Assembly: GCA_945864585.1 (NCBI GenBank)
Contig: CAMBCF010000006.1
Span: 3,325-67,324 of the forward strand
Direction of reading: 5' to 3'
DNA: 64,000 nt
Source of the DNA: Bordetella parapertussis
GTDB taxonomy: Bacteria; Pseudomonadota; Gammaproteobacteria; Burkholderiales; SG8-41
The position numbers were made by a program, and so were the translations under genes. Of the stretch, positions 25,714-35,700 are shown in pieces (the first letter of the stretch is position 1; every line of letters starts with the position of its first letter). The notes beneath the pieces are model-generated. The model was not told where the DNA came from. It ran no database searches and was given only the letters and a program-made list of their open reading frames with translations.

Positions 25714-26802
25714 CTAATCCGCCACCAACACCTGATTGCGGCCGGCGGATTGGGCCTTATACAGCGCGGCATCGGCGCGCGCCAGGGTGCGCTCAATAGT
25801 GTCCGGCACGTGATGCTTAGCCACGCCCATCGAAACGGTCACGTGTTTACCTTCGGGCAAACAAGGCATTGCGCTTTCCGCAATCATTTTACGTATTCGT
25901 TCCGCGACCAGCGCCGCCGGCGCTGCCGGGGTTAGCGCGAACCCCACGATGAACTCCTCGCCGCCATAACGTCCCAGGAAATCCGTCTCCCGCAGCGCGC
26001 TTTGGATGATGGCGCAAATGCCCTTCAGCACTTCATCCCCTGCCGCATGGCCGTAGCTATCGTTAATCGACTTGAAATGATCGATGTCCAGCATGCCAAT
26101 ACTCAACCCGCCGCCGCGTTTGGCACGATAGCCTTCGCGCTCCAGCAGATCCATCGTATACCTGCGGCTGTAGGCCCCGGTCAGCGCGTCGTGGTTGGCG
26201 AGGCCTTCCGCCTTCTCGACTGCGATCCTGAGCTCGTCATTGGCCAGTCTCAGCTGTTGCCGCAAGGCGCTGATGTTGCCGCCGATGAAGGCAAACCACA
26301 GCAGTACCGCTGTCAGAAAACACACGCGGAAAATTTCGTGGTTAAGATCCATCGCCATGCGATAGGACCACACTGAAGCGACGGTGGCGACGGCAAAGAA
26401 CGCGGAATAGAGCAACGCCACCACGATCAGCTCGCGGGTGGAAAAGCGAAACACGCCGAACATAAATACGACCGGGTAGAGCAACATCAAATTATCACGT
26501 CCCATGCCTGCATCCACTTGCACGACGGAAATCGTCATCCCCGCCGCCACCATCATCGGCAAGGTCAGGCTGGGGTCGGGCAGGCGCAGGTTCAGCCCGC
26601 TGCGAAAGCACGCATAGAACGCCGCCACGAACACCAAAACCAAAGCTGCGAGACGCCAGAAAGTGACATCAGGCACGAAATGCAGCCACGCGCCAACTCC
26701 GGTCAATTCCACCACAATCGCCGACGCCAAGCTCGCCATGGCCATGCGGCGTATGCGCTGCGCCTGCAAGGGATCATTTTCCGGCAGTAGTGACCACGTC
26801 AT
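25714..26802 (-). CDS. Membrane-anchored diguanylate cyclase (GGDEF domain)
   Basis: The ORF is trimmed to ATG 26802. It has a multi-TM N-terminal half. The C-terminal half carries DALTGAYSRRY...IDHFKSINDSYGHAAGDEVL...RYGGEEF. Confidence 0.9.
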   Translation of the reverse strand: MTWSLLPENDPLQAQRIRRMAMASLASAIVVELTGVGAWLHFVPDVTFWRLAALVLVFVAAFYACFRSGLNLRLPDPSLTLPMMVAAGMTISVVQVDAGMGRDNLMLLYPVVFMFGVFRFSTRELIVVALLYSAFFAVATVASVWSYRMAMDLNHEIFRVCFLTAVLLWFAFIGGNISALRQQLRLANDELRIAVEKAEGLANHDALTGAYSRRYTMDLLEREGYRAKRGGGLSIGMLDIDHFKSINDSYGHAAGDEVLKGICAIIQSALRETDFLGRYGGEEFIVGFALTPAAPAALVAERIRKMIAESAMPCLPEGKHVTVSMGVAKHHVPDTIERTLARADAALYKAQSAGRNQVLVAD

Positions 26803-27135
26803 GGCTGTAACGGCTCGCTTGAAATTACTGGTCGTTGCCGCGGGCAGTGTCCGAGTCGGTAGCCGTTCGTGACGCGCGCAGCACACAAGCCGTCAGGGTA
26901 AGCCTTTTCGGCGTTGAACGTTCCATCGTTGCCTCCGTGGGATAGAGGTATCTGCGCCAAGAGGATTACACAATCCTCCGCTGATACCCATGTTTTTAAG
27001 CAACGGTAGCGAGGTCAAAGGTTGTCTCCGGCACCGATGCCGAGCCGCAGGCTGAGAAAACGATTGCGTGATCCGCTTGCGCGTCGTATTTTCGTTTCTG
27101 CTACATTCAGGTATTCAATTCTGCAGGAGCAACCC

Positions 27136-27576
27136 ATGCTGAACCAAACCATGACAGCCATCGAGATCACGCGCGCCGGTGGCCCGGAAGTGCTGTCACT
27201 CACCACGCGCCCGCTGCCGCAGGCTGCTGCGGGACAGGTGCTGATCAAGGTGGCGTTTGCCGGCATCAATCGCCACGATTGCGGCCAGCGCAATCGCGGC
27301 TTCGGCCCCAAGGGTGCAACCGATATACCGGGGCTTGAAGTCGCCGGCGAAGTGGCAGCGGTGGGCGCGGGTGTAACGCGCTGGAAGGTGGGTGATGCGG
27401 TGTGCGCACTGGTTAACGCCAAGCGCAATTTGCAGGCACTGGCGATGGACGGGCGCGTGATGCACTTAAGTTCAGGCGATAGCAAAGAATACAGCGTGCC
27501 GATCGCGATGATCATGGGTAAGCGCGCGATCGGAAAATATTGCTGCAGGTTGCGCACTGACCCTGCAGCGCGGTAA
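27136..27576 (+). pseudogene. NADPH:quinone oxidoreductase (MDR family) remnant
   Basis: MTAIEITRAGGPEVLSLTTRPLPQAAAGQVLIKVAFAGINRHDCGQRNRGFGPKGATDIPGLEVAGEVAAVGAGVTRWKVGDAVCALV is a normal Qor N-terminus. Similarity stops after about residue 95, and the Rossmann domain is missing. Confidence 0.6.
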
Positions 27577-27578
27577 CT

Positions 27579-27609
27579 AAAAAAGCCCGGCTTTGCCGGG
27601 TTTTTTTTT
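27579..27609. terminator. Bidirectional intrinsic terminator
   Basis: The sequence is AAAAAAG-CCCGGC-ttt-GCCGGG-TTTTTTTTT. An A-tract before and a T9 after let it serve both convergent units. Confidence 0.8.
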
Positions 27610-27680
27610 GAAGAGTTAAGAGTAACTACACACCGTGGTTCTTACCCTTCACGCTTCACCCTTCCCGCTTCACGAAGTAA
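27610..27680. repeat. Heptamer array CTTCACG CTTCACC CTTCCCG CTTCACG with a partial opposing GAAGAG arm
   Basis: Four tandem 7-mers lie at 27647-27674. A GAAGAGTTAAGAGTAAC stretch at 27610-27626 is partly complementary to them. The array lies just 3' of the Bug gene stop (27683). Confidence 0.45.
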
Positions 27681-27682
27681 CG

Positions 27683-28654
27683 TCAGTCTGCTTTCATCCT
27701 TCGCTCCTTGATAACCTTGCCCCATTTTTCGGTTTCTTTTTTGAGATGCACCGCAAATTCCTCGGGCGTGCTGGCGATGATATCCAGCCCGCTGTCGTTA
27801 AAGCGCTTGATGTGTTCGGGCGCGCTGAGTGATTTTTTTATGCGCTCGGATAACGAAGCGACTATGGCGCGCGGCGTGTTTTTCGGCGCCAGCAAGCCCT
27901 GCCAGGTGGTGAATTCGTAACCGGGCAGCGTTTCGGCTACGGTGGGGACATCGGGCAGTTGCGGCGCGCGCTTGAGACTGGTGACGCCGAGGGCGCGCAA
28001 TCTGCCCGAACGCACATGCGCCAGGGTATCCGGCAACGCGGGAAAACCGATACTGATTTCGCCCGACAAGGTGGCGATCATCGCCGGGCCGCCACCCTTG
28101 AAATGGATGATCGTGATGTTGGTCTTGGCGAGGTAGTTAAAGAGTTCGCCGGCGATATGCGGGTTGGTGCCCGCACCGGCGCCGCCGTAGTTGAGTGCGT
28201 CGCCGCGTGATTGAGCCAGCGTAATCAATTCGCGTATCGATTTGGCAGGCAGTGAAGGGTGCACTACGCACAAAGTCGCGGTAGCGGTCAGCAGCGACAC
28301 CGGCACAAAATCACGCAATGGGTCGTACCGCACTTTGCTGTAGATAAACTGGTTGGTGACCAGCGGCAGGGTATTCACCACCAGCGTGTAACCATCGCCC
28401 GGCGCGTTGGCGGCGATCTCCATGCCGATGTTGCCGGATGCGCCGCTACGGTTGTCGATCACAAATGTCTGGCCGTAACTTTCGCTGAGCCGCGCGCCTA
28501 CCAGGCGTCCGACAGTATCGACACTGCCACCCGGCGGAAAGGGCGCGATGATGCGCACGGATTTCGTGGGGTAATTGTCCGTTTGCGCGGCGCAGAGGTA
28601 CGGCAGCGCGAGGGCTGCTATCGCCAGGTGTAGTGTAAGTATTTGTTTTTTCAT
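27683..28654 (-). CDS. Bug/TctC-family periplasmic solute-binding protein
   Basis: The signal peptide is MKKQILTLHLAIAALALPYLCAA, followed by NYPTKSVRIIAPFPPGGSVD. Confidence 0.9.
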   Translation of the reverse strand: MKKQILTLHLAIAALALPYLCAAQTDNYPTKSVRIIAPFPPGGSVDTVGRLVGARLSESYGQTFVIDNRSGASGNIGMEIAANAPGDGYTLVVNTLPLVTNQFIYSKVRYDPLRDFVPVSLLTATATLCVVHPSLPAKSIRELITLAQSRGDALNYGGAGAGTNPHIAGELFNYLAKTNITIIHFKGGGPAMIATLSGEISIGFPALPDTLAHVRSGRLRALGVTSLKRAPQLPDVPTVAETLPGYEFTTWQGLLAPKNTPRAIVASLSERIKKSLSAPEHIKRFNDSGLDIIASTPEEFAVHLKKETEKWGKVIKERRMKAD

Positions 28655-28918
28655 GTGGTTTTCCTTCCTTGAGCAGTTTGGATGCGATCAGCGTTTAGCG
28701 CATTGCGACCGGCATCAGGTTCATGGTTCAGTGACGTTGCAAGCGCTTGCGGCTAGACAGTAGTGATGGCTAGCGACAGCTTGATGCGCATGCCGCGCAC
28801 ATCGGGTGCATATCAACCGCATTATCCTACGCGGCGACCGCATTGCGCAGCATTCGCTGTTCGCTGCGCCTAAATTCGCTAAAATGAAGATTCGCAAACC
28901 TTTTCCGAACGAGCGGTC

Positions 28919-29956
28919 ATGATTGCCACGCAGCGCGCGCTGATCACCGACCCCGGCGCCTGGGTCGGGCCGAAAATCCAGAACGATCCATCGTGGGTTT
29001 ATCACTTCGACGCCGCCGGGCTCGCGGAACTGGATGCTGCGCTGGCGCATACCCGGCGCACCGGCGCATGTATTCCATTCGAACCGGCGGCGTTTCCATT
29101 ACGGCGTGTGGCGGCCGAGTTGGAGAAAATCCTCAACGATGTCGAGCACGGTCTCGGTTTCAAGCTGCTGCGCGGCATTCCGCGCGACCGTTATTCGGAT
29201 GAGGACTGCGCGCTGCTTTACTGGGGACTCGGTGTGCATTTGGGCAAGCCGGTTTCGCAAAATGCGCGCGGCCATCTGCTGGGCCACGTACGTGACGAAG
29301 GCCGCACGCAAGCTGACCCCAATGCACGCGCCTATCAAACCAGCCAGCGCATGGATTTTCATACCGATATGCTGCCGATGGATTTGCTGGGACTGTTTTG
29401 CCTGCGCAGCGCTCGGCGCGGCGGCGCGAGCAAAATCACCAGTGCGCTGACGGTACACAATATGCTGCGTGAGGAACGTCCCGATTTACTGGATGTGCTG
29501 TATGGCCCGTTTCATATCGACTGGCGCGGCGAAGAACCCGCCGGCGAAAAAGGCTGCTTCACGTTACCGATGTTCAGCGAGTGCGATGGCAAAGTGACCG
29601 CGCGCATCAACAGCTTGCCGTACTATGAATCGGCGGCGCGTCACGGCGCGCAATATGCGCCAACCGAGGTGCAGCGCGAGGCGTTGGTGAAGGTGCAGGA
29701 AATCGCCAACCGGCCCGAATTGATGCTGACTATGGATTTTCAGGAAGGCGACATCCAGCTCGTCAACAATCACACGCTGTTGCACGCGCGCGAGGCGTAT
29801 GAAGATTTTCCGCAGCCCGGGCGTGAGCGCCACCTGCTGCGCATGTGGATCGCGGTGGATGAGGCCAGGCGCCGTCCACTCGCCGATACACTGACGGCGC
29901 GTTATGGTTGGGTGCAGCGCGGCGGCATTCCGCTCAAGTCTGCGCAAGCCGCATAA
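28919..29956 (+). CDS. TauD/TfdA-superfamily Fe(II)/2-oxoglutarate oxygenase (longer, divergent type)
   Basis: The 345-aa product has MDFHTD (HxD) and NNHTLLHAREAY (distal His) motifs. Confidence 0.75.
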   Translation: MIATQRALITDPGAWVGPKIQNDPSWVYHFDAAGLAELDAALAHTRRTGACIPFEPAAFPLRRVAAELEKILNDVEHGLGFKLLRGIPRDRYSDEDCALLYWGLGVHLGKPVSQNARGHLLGHVRDEGRTQADPNARAYQTSQRMDFHTDMLPMDLLGLFCLRSARRGGASKITSALTVHNMLREERPDLLDVLYGPFHIDWRGEEPAGEKGCFTLPMFSECDGKVTARINSLPYYESAARHGAQYAPTEVQREALVKVQEIANRPELMLTMDFQEGDIQLVNNHTLLHAREAYEDFPQPGRERHLLRMWIAVDEARRRPLADTLTARYGWVQRGGIPLKSAQAA

Positions 29957-30005
29957 TTTCGTAAGTATCTGTTTTAAAACAGTTTTGTTTGAGGAGAAGT
30001 AGGCC

Positions 30006-30875
30006 ATGAGTGTGACCATACACAAGTTGCATGCGCATGTGGGCGCTGAAGTCAGCGCGATTGATTTACGCCAGCTGCACGATCGCGCCACGCTCGAGCA
30101 ATTGCGCGCCGGCATGGATGAACACGGTGTGCTGGTGTTTCGCAAGCAGCCGTTTACCGATGCGCAACAACTGGATTTTGCGCAGCGCTTTGACGGCACG
30201 CTGCACGTGAAGCCGGGCGCTGCTGCGCTGGCGGCAAATCGATTTGGCAACGATGCGGTGGGCGATATTTCGAATATTGATAACAGCGGCAACATTCTCA
30301 AAGCGGACGACCGCAAGCGCCTCTACAGCCTCGGCAACCGGCTGTGGCATACGGATGCCTCGTTTCAGGATCCTGCGGGCCGCTATTCCATGCTATCGGC
30401 GCGGGTGATCCCCAAAGTGAATGCAGACACCGAGTTTGCCGACATGCGCGCGGCGTACCAGGCGCTGGATGAGCAGACCAAACACAGGCTCGAAGGTCTC
30501 AAAGTGCATCACACGATTACGCGCTCGCGTGAAGTGCTGGGGTTCAATTTCTCGGATGAGGAAAAACAAAAGCTCAAGGGTGCGATTCATCCGCTCGTCA
30601 GAGTGAACCCGCGCAGCGGGCGCAAATCGCTGTATCTCGCCGCGCACGCCGCGCGTATCATCGATTGGCCGGTGGCCGATGGACTGCTGTTCGTGATGGA
30701 ACTGATGGAGCATGCAACACAGCGCCAGTTTGTCTACCGGCATGTGTGGCGTGACGGCGACTTTGTGATCTGGGACAACCTCGCCACCATGCATCGCGCA
30801 ACCCCGTTCGACGACGCCACGCATCATCGTGAATTGCGGCGGGTGACTACCATCGATGTGCCGTTACCGGCTTAA
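30006..30875 (+). CDS. TfdA/TauD-family Fe(II)/2-oxoglutarate dioxygenase
   Basis: It has the WHTDASFQD motif and IWDNLATMHRATPF. It is a paralog of the 1111 gene. Confidence 0.85.
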   Translation: MSVTIHKLHAHVGAEVSAIDLRQLHDRATLEQLRAGMDEHGVLVFRKQPFTDAQQLDFAQRFDGTLHVKPGAAALAANRFGNDAVGDISNIDNSGNILKADDRKRLYSLGNRLWHTDASFQDPAGRYSMLSARVIPKVNADTEFADMRAAYQALDEQTKHRLEGLKVHHTITRSREVLGFNFSDEEKQKLKGAIHPLVRVNPRSGRKSLYLAAHAARIIDWPVADGLLFVMELMEHATQRQFVYRHVWRDGDFVIWDNLATMHRATPFDDATHHRELRRVTTIDVPLPA

Positions 30876-30981
30876 GGCGACAAAAAGAAAACACTTAGCC
30901 CGTCATTCCAGTGAAGCGCGCTCCGGACCACGATCCAGGGGCTGGAACGACCAGAGTGGTATTGGCTCACACAAGGGCCGG

Positions 30982-33000
30982 ATGAATCTTAAAAACAAAA
31001 ACGTGAAGTATGTTCTTGCTGCAGTGTTACTAGCGTTCGCGCTCGGTGCATCCTGCGCCAAAGCCGAAGTCGTACGTATCGACATCAGCAAACGCGAAGA
31101 CCTGCTCGCCGGACGCAGCTATGGCGCAGCGGATGTCTACGAATGGATCGAAGGCCGCGCGCACTTCTCGCTGGATCCGGACAATCAGCGCAACGACATC
31201 ATTGTCGACCTCAAACTCGCGCCGCGCAATGCGCAGGGGCAGGTGGAATATTCAGCGGATGTCGCCATCCTGCGTCCGAAAATCGCGGCGCGCGCCAATG
31301 GCGTGGTGATTTTTGATGTGGTCAACCGCGGCCGTCACACAATTCTGGAATATCTAAATCGCGGCAATCGCAATGCCGCGGTGGGCGGCGCGGAATTCAT
31401 CGGCGACGATTTTTTGATGAAGCAGGGGGTGACGCTGGTGTGGCTGGGCTGGCAGCAGGATTTGCCGGCGAATGCCGGCATGATGCGCCTCGCGGGGCCG
31501 TTGGTTGAAGGGGTCAAGGGCCGCGTCTACGGTGAATTCGCGGTGCCCGCGCGCGTGATGGATGTTTCGCTCGGTGACAGAACGTCAATTCCCTATGCCG
31601 TGGCCGATTTGCAGGAAAACGAAAACACCCTGGCGGTGAGTCCGTCACGCGCCTTGCAACCGCGCGCGATTCCGCGCGAGCACTGGTCGTTTGCGCGCAT
31701 GCGCAAAGGTAAAACCAGCGGCGAACTGACGCCGGACCCCATGCGACTGCATGTCGAAGGCGGCTTCGTGCCCGGCGCAATTTATCAATTTGCTTATGGT
31801 GCGCAAAATCCACAAATCGCCGGACTCGGTCTGGCCGGCGTGCGCGATCTGATTTCGTGGATGCGCCACGATCCGGCGGCGCTGGCGCGCGGCCGCCACG
31901 CCTACGCGTTTGGCATCTCGCAAAGCGGGCGTTTTCTGCGCCAGTTCTTATATGAAGGGTTTAACCAGGACACTGCCGGGCGGCAGGTTTTCGACGGCAT
32001 GATGGTGCATATTGCCGGTGGCGCGCGCCGCGGCTTTAACGAGCGTTTTGCGCAGCCTTCGCGTACCACCGGCTCGCGCGTGTTTCCGTTCACTGATAGC
32101 GAGCAGACTGACGCCGAGACGGGTGAAACGGGCGGGCTGCTCACGCGCGCCACACAAACGGGTGTCGCACCCAAAATAATCTACACCAGTTCGTCGTGGG
32201 AATACTGGGGCAGCGCCGCGTCCGCCATCCACACCACGCTGGCGGGTGAAGACATGCCGATACCCGAAAGCAGCCGCGTCTACTCGTTTGCAGGCACGCA
32301 ACACGTGCCCGCGCGCATGCCCTTGGTTGACTTGCCTGCGACACACGGACAATTACTGCACAATTCGCTGGACTATCGACCAGCACTGCGCGCGCTGTAT
32401 ATCGCGCTCGATCAGTGGGTGCGCAGCGGCGCCGCACCACCACCGAGCCGTTATCCCAAGGTGGCCGAGCGTGGGCTGGTGGCGCGCGCTGCACTAAACG
32501 AGACGGGCCTCGCGGGCATCAATGCGCCGGAATCAGCGCAGCCGGCGTTTCGTCTGGATAACGGCGAAACAGAATCCGGCATACCCACCATCGTGCCGCC
32601 CGTAGTGGGCAAACCGTATGTGCTGTTATTACCGCAACTGGACGACGACGGCAACGAACTGCCCGGCATACGCATGCCGTCGATCAACGTGCCGCTGGCC
32701 ACGCACACCGGCTGGAATCTGCGCGCGCCCGCGATCGGCGCGCCGAAAGAACTGCTGCAACTCACTGGCGGCATGCACCCGTTTGCACGCACGCGCGAGG
32801 AGCGCGCGCGCGGCGACATGCGTGCGTCGATCACAGAACGTTACGCGTCACGCGTGAATTATCTGGAGCGTATCGCGCAGGAAGCCGCTGCGCTGGTGCA
32901 GCAACGGCTGATGCTCAACGATGATATCCCACACGTGGTAAGCAGCGCCGGCACGCTGTGGGATTTCATCATGGCGGAATCGGTGAAGCGTGCGCGCTAG
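30982..33000 (+). CDS. Secreted 672-aa protein, probable alpha/beta-hydrolase-like domain protein of unknown function
   Basis: The ORF is trimmed to ATG 30982. The signal peptide is MNLKNKNVKYVLAAVLLAFALGASCAKA. It contains a FGISQSGRFLRQFLYEGFN nucleophile-elbow-like motif. Confidence 0.55.
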   Translation: MNLKNKNVKYVLAAVLLAFALGASCAKAEVVRIDISKREDLLAGRSYGAADVYEWIEGRAHFSLDPDNQRNDIIVDLKLAPRNAQGQVEYSADVAILRPKIAARANGVVIFDVVNRGRHTILEYLNRGNRNAAVGGAEFIGDDFLMKQGVTLVWLGWQQDLPANAGMMRLAGPLVEGVKGRVYGEFAVPARVMDVSLGDRTSIPYAVADLQENENTLAVSPSRALQPRAIPREHWSFARMRKGKTSGELTPDPMRLHVEGGFVPGAIYQFAYGAQNPQIAGLGLAGVRDLISWMRHDPAALARGRHAYAFGISQSGRFLRQFLYEGFNQDTAGRQVFDGMMVHIAGGARRGFNERFAQPSRTTGSRVFPFTDSEQTDAETGETGGLLTRATQTGVAPKIIYTSSSWEYWGSAASAIHTTLAGEDMPIPESSRVYSFAGTQHVPARMPLVDLPATHGQLLHNSLDYRPALRALYIALDQWVRSGAAPPPSRYPKVAERGLVARAALNETGLAGINAPESAQPAFRLDNGETESGIPTIVPPVVGKPYVLLLPQLDDDGNELPGIRMPSINVPLATHTGWNLRAPAIGAPKELLQLTGGMHPFARTREERARGDMRASITERYASRVNYLERIAQEAAALVQQRLMLNDDIPHVVSSAGTLWDFIMAESVKRAR

Positions 33001-33065
33001 TTCTATCCCGTAGTGATTTCGACTTTGACATCCGGCGTCGCGACCGCGACGCTGCCATATAGCGG

Positions 33066-33449
33066 TCACCTGCCTTTGAAGCGGTCGATCAGCGCAGCGC
33101 TCTGCGCCGCACTGACACCGTTAAGGTGAAACTTGATGTGCACGGCGTTGAACACGCTGACATCCGTGCGCACTGGGTTCGCGCGGTCCATCATGCCGGC
33201 GATATCGACACTGATGGCGTGCAGCGGCATGCCCTCGGTTTTGGCGAACGACTGCACCAGTTCCACGCCGCAGGCAGCAATGCCGGTCAGGAATAACTCG
33301 GCCGGCGTCACCTCTTCTCCGGGTGCGCCATTTTGCACCGGGCCATCGCTGATGAAATGGTGATTGCGCACACTGCACAGTACGCGCCCATGGGTGTCGG
33401 TGGAACGCGCGCTGATGTTGTAGCTGCGGGTGTTGCTGGCGCTCATCAT
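33066..33449 (-). CDS. OsmC/Ohr-family protein
   Basis: This is the track ORF 33066-33794 trimmed to ATG 33449, which has an AGAGGAAA upstream. PAELFLTGIAACGVELV is the OsmC signature. Confidence 0.85.
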   Translation of the reverse strand: MMSASNTRSYNISARSTDTHGRVLCSVRNHHFISDGPVQNGAPGEEVTPAELFLTGIAACGVELVQSFAKTEGMPLHAISVDIAGMMDRANPVRTDVSVFNAVHIKFHLNGVSAAQSAALIDRFKGR

Positions 33450-33540
33450 GATTTCCTCTGGTGGTTGAAATGTTGTCTTCCTGTGTTCATTGCGGCTTAA
33501 TCCCCGCCGCCTTCGCCCGCTACGAGCCATGCCGACTGCT

Positions 33541-34293
33541 TCAATTTCCCTCCAGATAGCGCCTGAGGAAATTCGCTTGTACCGCAAATGCCTCGGGACC
33601 ATTATCGACATGTAGTCCGGGATAAGCATGCAAACGCTTATCTTTGGAGCCAAGCCGGTCGAACAACTCCAACTGGCCTGCGCGCTCAAAACGCTCGTCG
33701 CCCCACTGCATGGAAAATAGCACGGGGATGTTGAGTTGCGGCGCGAATATTTTGAAGTGCGCGTCGATACCGCTGCGTTGGACGCTGGACCCACTCATTC
33801 CGGCTTTGCCCAGCACCGCCACACGCACCCGCTCGTCACTCGCAACAAAGGGCAGTCCGAACATGGTGCCCATCGACACGCCCCAGTAGCCGACGCGATT
33901 CGCATCGACATTTTCCAGGCTGCCCAAAGCGTCCAGGGTGGCTTTCCAATCGTCGATCATGCTCTGCACCAAGTCCTCGCGCTGCCACATCTGGCGATAG
34001 ACGGGTTGGCTCGCATCGGTCACCGTCCCGCGAGCGCCGTGCACCGGACCGTCGATAGCCGCAGCACTCCAGCCATAATCACGGGCGAACATCTGGCCCA
34101 GCATGAGCATGCGTTCGTTACGCTTGTGCCCGCTCCCGCCATGTCCCATCAGGATCAAAGGCCGCGGCCCGGACGGGCTGGCGGATTGCCACAATACGCC
34201 GGGAATGCTTTGTCCATGACGTTCGATGGCAAATTCCCGTTCACATACGTCTTCAACTCGCACGGTGTCGGCAGTCCAATGCATCTGCGCCAT
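33541..34293 (-). CDS. Alpha/beta hydrolase (dienelactone-hydrolase-like)
   Basis: It carries the RPLILMGHGGSGHK and GYWGVSMG (GxSxG) motifs. Confidence 0.75.
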   Translation of the reverse strand: MAQMHWTADTVRVEDVCEREFAIERHGQSIPGVLWQSASPSGPRPLILMGHGGSGHKRNERMLMLGQMFARDYGWSAAAIDGPVHGARGTVTDASQPVYRQMWQREDLVQSMIDDWKATLDALGSLENVDANRVGYWGVSMGTMFGLPFVASDERVRVAVLGKAGMSGSSVQRSGIDAHFKIFAPQLNIPVLFSMQWGDERFERAGQLELFDRLGSKDKRLHAYPGLHVDNGPEAFAVQANFLRRYLEGN

Positions 34294-34494
34294 GTCTGTC
34301 CCTTTCTGTTATGTCCGCTGATGATTTTTTCCTGGCGTCCGCCGCCAGCAGGCAACAGGCAAGACCCTTTGCCCAATAATAATCGCTTTGAGGTTACGCC
34401 ACCCACATACCCGATGCTTTGACGACTTTGCGCCAGCGCGGGAGTTGATTGGCGTAAAATTCGCCTGCTGCAACCTTCCCCTCTGGAACCACTC

Positions 34495-35622
34495 TTGACT
34501 GTAGAAATTGTCTCCACGCTGGCGGATATCGACCCGGCGCAATGGAACCGCCTCAGCGGCGGCAACCCGTTTTTACGGCACGAATTCCTGCACGCGCTGC
34601 ATGAAACCGGCTGCGCCTCCGATCGCACCGGCTGGTCGCCGCACTATCTGGCGGCTTTCGACGGCAAAAGGCTGACCGGCGCGATGCCGCTGTATGTGAA
34701 ATCGCACTCGCGCGGCGAATACGTATTCGACTGGGCGTGGGCCGACGCCTATGAGCGCCACGGCCTGCAATATTATCCCAAGCTGTTGTGCGCCATACCG
34801 TTCACGCCGGTGAGCGGGCCGCGCATGCTCGCCGAATCGGACAGCGTGCAGGCGGAACTCGCCACGCACGTGCTCGAAGTCGCGCGCGCGAGCAAAGCCT
34901 CATCACTGCATTGCCTGTTCCCCACCGACGCCGAGGCGCAACACCTGGCCGGCAAGGGCATGATGGTGCGTCACGCGGTGCAGTTTCACTGGGTCAACCA
35001 GGGTGACGCGAATTTCGAGCAATATCTCTCGCGCATGAACCACGCCAAGCGCAAGAAAATAAAGCAGGAGCGGCGCAAAGTGATCGAGGCCGGCATCAGC
35101 TTTCGCTGGCTGGAAGGCGAGGCCATCAGTGAAGCCGACTGGAAGTTCTTCGCGCACTGCTACACGCGCACCTACCGCGAGCATCACAATACGCCGTACC
35201 TGAACGAAGCATTTTTCCAGCGCATCGGTAAAACCATGCCGGAAAATCTGCTGCTGATTGTCGCCGAACGCAATGGCGTGCCGATCGCTGCATCGTTTAA
35301 CGTGCGCGGCGCTGACCGCCTGTATGGCCGTTATTGGGGCGCCGTCGAACACCATCCGATGCTGCACTTCGAAGCCTGTTATTACCAGACCATAGAATTC
35401 TGTCTCGCACGCGGCATCGCGGTGTTCGAAGGCGGCGCACAGGGTCAGCACAAAATGGCGCGCGGCCTGCTGCCGGTGCAAACCTCATCGCTGCACTGGC
35501 TGGCGCACCCGCAGTTTGCCGAAGCGGTCGAGGCTTTTCTCACGCGCGAGAAAAAGGGTGTCGCGCACTACATCGACGAATTGCACGAACACTCGCCCTT
35601 CGTGGCTGCGGCGCCCGCCTGA
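34495..35622 (+). CDS. FemAB-like / GNAT-fold protein (the family formerly called DUF482)
   Basis: The signature stretch is DPAQWNRLSGGNPFLRHEFLHALHETGCAS...YVKSHSRGEYVFDWAWADAYERHGL. The start is TTG. Confidence 0.7.
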   Translation: MTVEIVSTLADIDPAQWNRLSGGNPFLRHEFLHALHETGCASDRTGWSPHYLAAFDGKRLTGAMPLYVKSHSRGEYVFDWAWADAYERHGLQYYPKLLCAIPFTPVSGPRMLAESDSVQAELATHVLEVARASKASSLHCLFPTDAEAQHLAGKGMMVRHAVQFHWVNQGDANFEQYLSRMNHAKRKKIKQERRKVIEAGISFRWLEGEAISEADWKFFAHCYTRTYREHHNTPYLNEAFFQRIGKTMPENLLLIVAERNGVPIAASFNVRGADRLYGRYWGAVEHHPMLHFEACYYQTIEFCLARGIAVFEGGAQGQHKMARGLLPVQTSSLHWLAHPQFAEAVEAFLTREKKGVAHYIDELHEHSPFVAAAPA

Positions 35623-35700
35623 CGGCGGCTGCGGCGTCACCGGCATTGGAATCCGCGCACGATTGCCGTATAGTAGGCACCACTCACCGCTGACCCATTC

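Noticed and set aside
29969-29982. CTGTTTTAAAACAG as a LexA (SOS) box
   Set aside because: Proteobacterial LexA boxes are CTGT-N8-ACAG, and this one is CTGT-N6-ACAG. The downstream gene is also not an SOS-type gene.
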